NCBI GenBank assembly: GCA_964016885.1
Contig: OZ024750.1
Coordinates: 12,524,001-12,588,000, forward strand
Length of the DNA stretch: 64,000 nt
Direction of reading: 5' to 3'
Origin: Eledone cirrhosa
Taxonomy: Eukaryota
The stretch's first letter is position 1, and every line of letters starts with the position of its first letter. Under the pieces are notes generated by a model. It ran no database searches, had not been told where the DNA came from, and was given only the letters and a program-made list of their open reading frames with translations. The position numbers and the translations under genes are program-made. Shown here piece after piece: positions 54,810 through 64,000 of this stretch.

Positions 54810-57160
54810 ATCATGACTCCTACACTGTTCACTTTCCTGACATTTATACATTATTCTATGTACTACATATGCACCTTTGATGAGTTGTAGTGCACCCGAG
54901 CACTGTACACAATAATTTTCATTATTATATATATATAACAAAGAAAGTGTGGTAAGGAACCAGGTGGACCATAACGTGCCATAGTACTCGATACTTAGGG
55001 TAGTAGAGTGGGTAATAGGAAAAGAGTCAAGACCTCGACAGCTGAGCTCCGCTCGTTTTGACAGCTAGATCCGAACTCTTCGGATCTAGCTGTCAAAACG
55101 GCTGGAGATCAGCCGTCAGGGTCCTGCCTTTTTTTTATATATATATATATGTAACCCTATTACGTGTTCCAGCCAAGAAGCTGGGGTACTGCCATATATA
55201 TATATAGTAATAATAATAAATATGAAGACTAAAATCCAAAGAGGGCTCGATAAAGATAATATATATCAAATATATAAGAACCATAGAATAAGTATTTATT
55301 AAAATAACGGATTAATGTTTAAGCAAAGAATCACTGCTTTCACCCTTAACGTTAATCAGCGATTCTTTGCTTAAACTTTAATCTGTTATTTTAAGAAATA
55401 TATATATGGGAAGATTTAAAATAATACAAAAGTTTTCTAAAAGTTATCCTTTACAGAGATTCCTGCAAACAGAATGTCCTGTTATATTTGCTACAATAGA
55501 ATTTCTTTAACTTTTCTATTCCAATTATATTAATAGAAGTCATTAGACCATGTATAATATCAGATGAATACATAAGTGAAAGTTTCAAATCTTCATTGTA
55601 AAATTGTTTTGTTTCTAACTGCAGAGAAATTGTTAATCTTTAGATTTAAAAAAAAGAGAGAAAATTCAGTAATCAACAAAGACATATTTGGCATTTACAT
55701 TTATTTGATGTATGTTTTATTACAGATGGAATTTTATTAGAAATTATTCTAATATATCTTGTATACTGTGTGTAAGTAAACAAGTGAACTTCAAAGAGAA
55801 ACTTCATAACCAATCATAGCAGAGATAATAAAACATTCACATTGACATAATCAACATATATTCTTTGAATTTTAGATCATAACGACATAATTAAACTACT
55901 TTGCTTATCATAAAGCATGTTATTGGGATAGCATTTTCTGCACAATAATATCAAGCTTGTATGCACATAAGAGTTACACTCAAGAGGTTTTGAGTCTTTT
56001 AATAGAAAGACATTTATTTAACTTAGATCAACACAAAACTCTAGTCTCTCTAAACTGCAATGCACTTATCGTAGCGCTCCAGCTACTTCTGCATTTTCAG
56101 CCCAATATTATCAAACTTTTATGCACATATAACCAAATGAATATATATTATCATAATAGATTACAAACAGCCGAAATGGGGGTTCCTCCAAAAGGTCTTT
56201 GGAATAATGTTACTCGATAGAGTGCATGGCTTGGGCTTGGAGATCAAGGAGTCACTGAAAGATATAACCATGTAGTGGAAATTACCCCACAAACTTTGGA
56301 AGTGGGAACATTTACAAAATTTAAAGAGCCAGTTTTGTTGCACATTGCTGGACAATAGCGAACCTAAAATGGATTATTTATTCTATTTTTGATTTAATTC
56401 CTTATTAACTGATGATAATTAGATTTTAAATTAATTGTTACTGTCTGAATGTTTATAGTTTTATTATCTACAGTGTTATGTAATTTGTAATTCTAAATAA
56501 TGTTACTGCTGTCTTGGGTATCCTTACTCTTATATTCCAGCAGCAACCTGTCAGTCTTTTCTTCAGGCATTGTGCATGTAGGACATTATCTAATTAGATA
56601 TACCAGGCCCTCCTTTCACTACCTACTGTAAGATAGTAGGTAGTGAAATGATGGCCTGATATTTCTGATAGATTCAGTGCCAAAATAGATGTTCCATCAT
56701 CTGCATGTTCTTAATTCTTAACATTCTGTAATAGTTTAGCAGAAAATATCTAAAAGCTGGTTTGTTAATTCAAATGCTTATAGCATCTTTACCAGTTGAC
56801 AGACCATTGTGAAATTTGCAATATTAGAGTAAAGACTTTGATTCTTAATATGACGCAGTATAGGACATTAGGAGCTGATGGAAAGATGTAAGATGTTTAG
56901 AAGCATATTGCCCTGAAAGTATCTAAATTCAACGATTCAAACAAAACCTCACTTCAAAAACTATACCAGTCTATCTGAACTAAATGACTCCAATTTCGAT
57001 TTTTATCACTTTAATTGATATCTTTCTTTTAAAAAAAAAATCAATAAATTTTCAATTTGTTTTAAAATTTAAATTTTTTTCCATTTCACTGATAAATCTC
57101 AATCATACTTTTTTATTTCAGTTTAATTTAAACATATTTCCTGTTTTTTATTGTTTACAG

Positions 57161-57217
57161 AATGAAGGTTCCCAAGAGGATCATGAAGAGGTGGTTATTC
57201 CTGTTAGTGATACAGAG
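57161..57217 (+). CDS. ANKIB1: ANKIB1 coding exon 5 (acidic linker): NEGSQEDHEEVVIPVSDTE
   Basis: tttacag acceptor ending at 57160, donor gtaggt at 57218. 57 nt, phase 0-0. Length and acidity fit the linker between MVFS and Y.GLR.QDL, but sequence conservation is weak. Confidence 0.8.
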
Positions 57218-59681
57218 GTAGGTGGTTAAAATGTTTATTGTCTGTCAGGCTTTTGGATGTTAGTTAAATAGAAGTGATTAGTCAGCCTAAAATATAAGTT
57301 TCATGTATTTCTATTTCACTATTGAAGTGTTTATATTTTTCATTAGCATCTTATTCACTGTTAATTAGTAACTCATTTGCTGCTTGCTTTCGCATTCATC
57401 AGAAGAAACAACTTTCTACTGCTTTAAGCAATTGTATATCTTGTAAATTATCTTCCAAGGAATGTATCTAAATTAATCTTGAAAATGTTGGTAATCTAAA
57501 ATTCATTCAATTAATTAAAATTTGTTTTATGATCAAAATATTGGGGAAATTTTGAAAATATAGTTGCTACAATACATACAACTATAATAATAGTTAAATA
57601 ATTTGGGTAAAAGAGATGGAAAAAAGTGAACTTCTCAATATGCAAGATTGAGCTGGTGAAAAAGAATGGTCTAGTGTATGAATGTTGAAGGATTGTGTAT
57701 TGTGAAAGGGTTTTCAAGGGGGGAAAATTTGAGAAAGAAAATGTTAAAATGTTTGGTGAAACTGGGTTGTGTTGACATGTTAAGAAAATAATATTAAAAA
57801 AGTGTAAGGAATAAAGTAAAGACATAAGTGTATTGCTTCTAATATTTGGGGAGGGATGCAGATGTTCATAATTTTCTAACAAAAATCACTAATTTCCCAC
57901 AAAAATTTTGGGGGGGTTTGCAGCTGCTCCCCCACTTACCTCCAGCAATATGCCACTGTTCATAGAAAGATTTTGTAAAAAAAATGATAATTGTCTTACT
58001 GAAGATAATTACTGAAATGAAGATGAGTATTTATTAACAAAAGATGTGTCTATTTTCAATGATATTCTGTACAAACATTGTCAGAAGTTTAAAGTATTTA
58101 GGAAATATTCTAATTTATTGTGACAACCCAAAACATTATTTGGAAATAAGATAATTGAATGTAGAGATAATTGGTAATTTCAACATAAAGACAAACCGAT
58201 GCCAAGAAAATCCTTGAAGAAGGTTGTTCATTGATCATTTAACTATGTAAATAACTTCAATCCTTTTCTCTTAAGAGATTTACAGAATCCTTTCTTCTAA
58301 TATACTGTATTGTTTTATACTTTCCAAATAGCTCATTATCAAAACATCATCTCTTTGATATGGAATTATTCAGTGTTAGATAAAATATGGCCAATAAGTT
58401 GATTCTTAATGTTATATCTTCTTCTCCAGTCAGTTCTAACAATTTAATAATTTGTTAAGATATTCTCAGCAAGATCAAAGAGAATGCTTATATAGATTTA
58501 TAAGCCTGAACTCATTTGGATATTGTTTACATCATAACAGAACTGTAAGAATTTCTTCTAATTCATTATTATAACTAAAGAGTGAGGTTCTACATTAATA
58601 TAGTTTTGTTTAAGCTGTATGGCTATTATGTTGGATTATTGCAGTGTGGAGAAACAAATTGGATTAGTCTCTTCATAAAAACGGTTCCTTGAGACAACTG
58701 CCAAAGTTATCAGAATATTATATTTCTCTTCCAAAGAACACAAGGAATATGGAATAATGCTGAAGTAGTTTATGTATCGCTGATGATTCATGAAAGAATA
58801 TAAAACTAATTTGCTAACACATCCAATATATGTGTGTAGGAGAGAGATAGGTGGTTGAAGGAAAAGTTAATTAGATCTTCCTTTAGCACATACACCCTTC
58901 CACACAGCTAACTTGACTGATTGCATCTTATTGTGTTCTGACAGTTTATATAGATTCCTGAACTTGTTAAATAACATTGCAAATAATTAAGTAAACCGAA
59001 TTTCCTTGTAAGAAATATTAGCATAGATTTTTAATGACTTTCCACGTGATAGAATTTTGAAACTAATATTTATAGAACCAATGTTCCTATATTGAAAATA
59101 TTGCATTTTTCAATTTTTCTCTTCTTTTCTTTATTTTTTTTATTTTTTTAATCAATTTTGTAAAATAGCATGTCAAAAATAAAGCAAACCAATAATTAGA
59201 GTGAAGGAATATATCAGAATAACAGATCTGCTTTGTATAAACATTAAAACTAACATTCTAGAATATTTTAAAATTTTATTTGATTTTACAGTTTTTCTGT
59301 TCGTTTGAAAAGTACATGACATACGATTAGTTATTAAATTAAGTAATCAGAATAAGATTAAAATTGTTTTATAGTCTTAAACTTCTGAATATTTTATATT
59401 TGATTATTTTTATTTAAAATATCTCTCTAATAAAAGTAAATTAAATTAAATTATCAAGAATAATGTTAGTGCAGCTTTGTGGAGATTCTGATGTTTTAGA
59501 TAAACATTTTTTCAGAGATACAAGTGAATACATTAGTCTTTAACTGAGCTACTGACAACATATATCACATATATATATATATATATATATACAGTGTACA
59601 TGCATATCATATATACATGTCTACATACATATCATATATATATATATATATATGTCTACATACATATCATATATACATGTC

Positions 59682-59757
<76 letters not shown>

Positions 59758-59908
59758 GACATGTATATATGATATGTATGTAGACATATATATATATATA
59801 TGATATGTATGTATACTGACAACATATATCACATATATATATATATATACATACAGTGTACATGCATATCATATATACATGTCTACATACATATCATATA
59901 TACATGTC

Positions 59909-59942
<34 letters not shown>

Positions 59943-60320
59943 GGAACGAGTAGGACCCCGACGGCTGAGCTCAAGCCGTTTCGACGGCTAATTCTGGACT
60001 CTTCATTATATATATATATACACATGTCTACATACATATATATATATATGTCTACATATATATATATATACATGTGTACATACACACACATGTATACATA
60101 CATATCACACACACACGTGTACATACACACACACACACACACTCACGTATACATATATATCACACACACGTGTACATACACACACACACACATGTGTACA
60201 TACTAATGCTCATTAATTTATCTCTCCCCATTACTCTACTAAAATATTCTCCATGTCGTTAAGTTAAACTCATTGTTTCAGAGACAGGCCGCCATTAGTG
60301 TCCCAGCTAAATTATTATTA

Positions 60321-60856
60321 ATCATCATCATCATACCCATCTTCACCATCATCATCATTGTCACCATCACCATCGTCATCATTGTCACCATCACCATCAT
60401 CACCATCATCATCATTGTCACCATCACCATCGTCATCATTGTCACCATCGTCACCATCGTCACCATCATCATCATTGTCACCATCACCATCATCATCATT
60501 GTCACCATCACCATCGTCACCATCATCATCATTGTCACCATCATCATTATCACCATCGTCACCATTGTCACCATCACCATCATCACCATTGTCACCATCA
60601 TCGTCATCATCATCATCCTCACCATCATTGTCACCATCATCATCATCATTGTCACCATCACCATCCTCCTCCTCATCATCATCATCGTCACCATCACCAT
60701 CACCACCATCATCCTCACCATCACCATCCTCACCATCACCACCATCATCCCCACCATCACCACCATCATCATCACCACCCTCACCATCACCATCACCATC
60801 ACCATCATCCTCATCCTCATCACCATCACCATCACCACCATCAGCACCATCCTCCA
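60321..60856 (+). repeat. Degenerate trinucleotide array (CAT/CAC/CGT/TGT/CCT)
   Basis: Period 3 is kept over about 535 nt; ends about 36 nt upstream of the exon 6 acceptor. Confidence 0.95.
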
Positions 60857-60892
60857 TGTTGTTTCTCTAACTTCTCTACTACATGTTACCAG

Positions 60893-61010
60893 GAATATAG
60901 TGGTCTCCGGACTCAAGACTTGCAAGAGGTCAAAGATCAGCTGCTGGTTGAGACAGCTGATATGTTGAGTGTACCACTGTTTACTGCTGAAGCTCTCCTT
61001 AGAAACCATG
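60893..61010 (+). CDS. ANKIB1: ANKIB1 coding exon 6 (UBA-like region, absent from the ORF track): [39 protein letters not shown]
   Basis: CTAAC branch point at 60867-60871, CAG acceptor ending at 60892, donor gtaagt at 61011. 118 nt, phase 0 to 1. Very close to YEGLRPQDL...[21 protein letters not shown]. Confidence 0.95.
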
Positions 61011-61320
61011 GTAAGTTCATCATCATCATCTTATTATTATTATTATTATTATCCTCCTCTCCTCCCTCCTCCTCTTCCTCCTAATTATTATTGTGCCTAA
61101 AATCAGAAACAATTATTAAAATGGCGGTGGATTGGTAGTATTGGTAGAGGGTCGGACACCATGCTTAGCAGCATAGAGTAACGGCCCTTTATGATCTGAG
61201 TTCAAATTCCGCCAAAGGTTAACTTTGCCTTTCGTCCTTACGGGGGTTGATAAAATAAAGTACCAGTCGCGCACTGGGGTCGATTTAATCGACCCTCCCC
61301 CCCCAAAAAAAAAAATTACT

Positions 61321-61692
61321 GGCCTTGTGTCTATACTAGAAATCATTATAAAGTACCAGTAATGTACTGGGTAATTGCTGGCCTTGTGCCAAAAGTAGAA
61401 ACAATTATTACTATTACTAAAATTATTACTATTACTAAAATTGCTGGCCTTGTGCCTAAAGTAGAAACAATTATTACTAGTACTCGATAACATAAAGTAC
61501 CAGTAATGTACTGGGTAATTGCTGGCCTTGTGCCAAAAGTAGAAACAATTATTACTAGTACTAAAATTATTACTATTACTAAAATTGCTGGCCTTGTGCC
61601 AAAAGTAGAAACAATTATTACTAGTACTAAAATTATTACTATTACTAAAATTGCTGGCCTTGTGCCAAAAGTAGAAACAATTATTATTATTA
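61321..61692 (+). repeat. Tandem reiterations of the Meta-like SINE 3' tail
   Basis: ctggccttgtgccaaaagtagaaacaattatt occurs about six times with AT-rich spacers. Confidence 0.9.
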
Positions 61693-62109
61693 TTCTTTGC
61701 CCATTTATTCCTGAGAAGGTTGTGAGACCAGAGTCCTCAAACAACCAGAAGCAACCATCTCCAACTGCTCCGGCTGGATCCCTTAAGTGAGACTAGCCAA
61801 ACTCACGGATGCTATGGTCTACCCCTGGGTCTGCTACTGCCAGTTGGCTTTTGCCTATAAAACTTCTCCAGCAATTCTTTCCTGAGTCATTCTAACCACA
61901 ATCTAACCATCATTTCCTTTTAATTTTACAGCTTTCATTTCATTTTGTTTTGTTCTTGTTCTGTTCAGAACATAAAAAGAAATAGCTGTTCGAAACTATC
62001 TAGAAATAGCTAGTCTATTATACACAGGAAAAAATATCCATTATTCATCAAAATGTAGAGTGGAGTTTAGAGATGCACTATATTATCTCTCACTTCAACT
62101 TCACTTTAG

Positions 62110-62300
62110 TAGGGCGGTAGATTGGCAGTATCGGTAGAGGGTCGGACGCCATGCTTTCCAGCATAGTTACGTCCCTTTACGATCTGAGTTCAAATCCCGC
62201 CGAGGTTGACTTTGCCTTTCATCCTTACGGGGTCGATAAAATAAAGTACCAGTAATGCACTGGGTAATTGCTGGCCTTGTGCCTAAAGTAGAAACAATTA
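62110..62300 (+). mobile_element. tRNA-derived Meta-domain-like SINE (representative copy). Others at approx 15305-15705 (x2), 18395-18555(-), 31490-31840, 36498-36670, 40640-40757(-), 41990-42095(-), 44773-44955, 46243-46480, 47665-47850, 61121-61350, 62820-62895, 62975-63260(-)
   Basis: B box gagttcaaatccc. Central tttgcctttcatccttacggggtcgataaaataaagtaccag resembles the recalled Meta/MESC core. (ATT)n tail. 19-bp flanking duplication attatctctcacttcaact at 62082-62100 and 62297-62315. Confidence 0.85.
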
Positions 62301-63657
62301 TCTCTCACTTCAACTAGAATTGTTCTAAGCAAGTGGCATGTTTTGTTGTACATGATGTTTATAGAATTGCCAATTTTCCAATCTTTCAACAAAACGTTTT
62401 ATTTTTATTTCTGTAATTACTAGACTTTTATAAGGACTATCTACATGGAGTTATGTTCATTAAACTGCTTTTCAAGAGTAGTTATTCAATGTTAATTTGA
62501 ATTTATAGAAATCAACAAAACTCTTTCATAAAATTATTTTCAACGAAAATAAATAACATAAAAGGCAATAATAGTCCTGATTTATTTTAATGATGATATG
62601 ATGAAATCCAAGTGGATGTATTTGTTTATTTCTTAAATATATTCATTACACACATACACACACATGCACACGCAGACACACAGATGCATACACACAAACA
62701 CACAGAATTTATGTATCTTACTCTCTCTCCATTCATCTTTTATATATGTTTATGTGTATACACATACTCAAATGCATATGAAAGATAGAGAAAGAGAGAG
62801 TTGTTATTTAATTCTCATTATTACGGGGTTGATAAAATAAAGTACCAGTAATTTACTAGGTAATTGCTGGCCTTGTGCCAAAAGTAGAAACAATTATATA
62901 ATATATTTATAGAGAGAATATTTTGAGAAACTAACAGCACCAATGAAACTTCAAAGTTCATAGTGACTATTAATAATTGTTTCTACTTTTGGCACAAGGC
63001 CAGCAATTACCCAGTACATTACTGGTACTTTATTTTATCGACCCCGTAAGGATGAAAGGCAAAATAATGACTTCTACTTTTAAGCTCATGGCCAGTAATT
63101 TGGGGGAGGGGTCAATTAAAATGACCCCAGGTCATTACTGGTGCTTTATTTTATCGACCCCATAAGGATGAAAGGCAAAATTGACCTCGGTGGAATTTGA
63201 ACTGAGAGGGTAAAGGTACGTAGCAATATGCCACAAAGCATGTTGTCCAGTGTTCTGCCATCCTCATAGTCACTATTGATAATAAACATTATTTTGACTC
63301 CATAAACGGTATATGATTCTTTCATTCAGTTCTTAGTGTTTTATTACACAAACCTATGAAGCAAGCATGTGTGTCTGTCTATCTATCTATCTGTATGTAT
63401 GTGTCTGTCTGTCTGTGTGTGTACATGTGTGTGTGTGTGTACCTGTGTGTGTTACGTATGGAATACTTATTTGACAATTCTGACAGATTTTGCAAAATTG
63501 CAAAATGTCCTAGCTACACATTTACCATATCTACGTTAGAACTTCAGTTCTAACATAGAATGCTTTGCAGTATTTTTTGGTAAATCTGTTATTTTTTTTC
63601 TTTTGTTTGTTTGTTTTTGTTAAGTAACATTTCTCTTATTTATTTCCTATTTTTAAG

Positions 63658-63821
63658 AATGGTCCCGAGAAACTTTATTAGAAACTTGGATGACTGATCC
63701 ATTTGCATGCTGTGAAAAGTGTGGAGTTACTCCCCCACCTAGTCTCTACAGTGATCAGCCAATCCTTCCAGAAACTCTCAACAGTCCAACCACTTCCGAA
63801 CCACCACAGCAAGACGCTATT
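63658..63821 (+). CDS. ANKIB1: ANKIB1 coding exon 7: (E)WSRETLLETWMTDPFACCEKCGVTPPPSLYSDQPILPETLNSPTTSEPPQQDAI; the RING-IBR-RING part lies beyond the window
   Basis: ttttaag acceptor ending at 63657, donor gtaaga at 63822. 164 nt, phase 1 to 0. Matches W.RE.LLE.WM..P..CC...GV. Confidence 0.92.
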
Positions 63822-64000
63822 GTAAGATATTTTTCCACATCTAAACATTTCATTATTTCTTATAAAATAAGTATTTTCAGTATGCATTTTGTGTTTGTAT
63901 GTTGTGCAGTTTCTTTTTATATCTATATTGAGCTGATAGTTATATTGCAGTCATAGCATTTGATCTAAAGATTACTGAGAAAAGCTTTAATTTCTAATTT

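Noticed and set aside
57375-57410. CTGATGA-atgc-GAAA on the minus strand (similar weak cores near 51172 and 58780 on the plus strand)
   Set aside because: No stem II, no UH triplet and no stem I; compatible with chance in AT-rich DNA.
60273-61009. Asp/Gly-rich, Ser/Pro-rich, Ile/Thr-rich and Met/Val-rich ORFs resembling biomineral or structural proteins
   Set aside because: All are frames of one intronic trinucleotide array; the true exon 6 uses a different frame.

Overview
AT-rich, repeat-dense eukaryotic genomic DNA. The SINE and microsatellite landscape suggests an octopus or other coleoid cephalopod; this is an inference from recalled repeat families. The only supportable protein-coding gene is the 5' part of an ANKIB1 orthologue (ankyrin repeat and IBR domain RBR E3 ligase) on the + strand. 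Seven coding exons (18826-19013, 21829-22036, 40454-40510, 53516-53641, 57161-57217, 60893-61010, 63658-63821) join through GT-AG introns into an uninterrupted 918-nt / 306-aa frame that continues beyond the window. Nearly all other ORFs in the track are microsatellite or repeat artefacts. The introns hold tRNA-derived SINEs (CORE-like and Meta-like), RTE and CR1-like LINE 3' fragments, and piggyBac-, hAT- and Tc1/mariner-type MITEs. The most notable hidden signal is five minimal type-I hammerhead-ribozyme motifs at four loci (13735+, 37474-, 43791-/43907+, 53803-). They are of the kind carried by Penelope-like elements and sit in AT-rich inserts next to (TA)n runs; one pair forms a perfect 133-bp-arm palindrome. 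All family assignments come from reading the sequence and recalled consensus motifs, not database searches.
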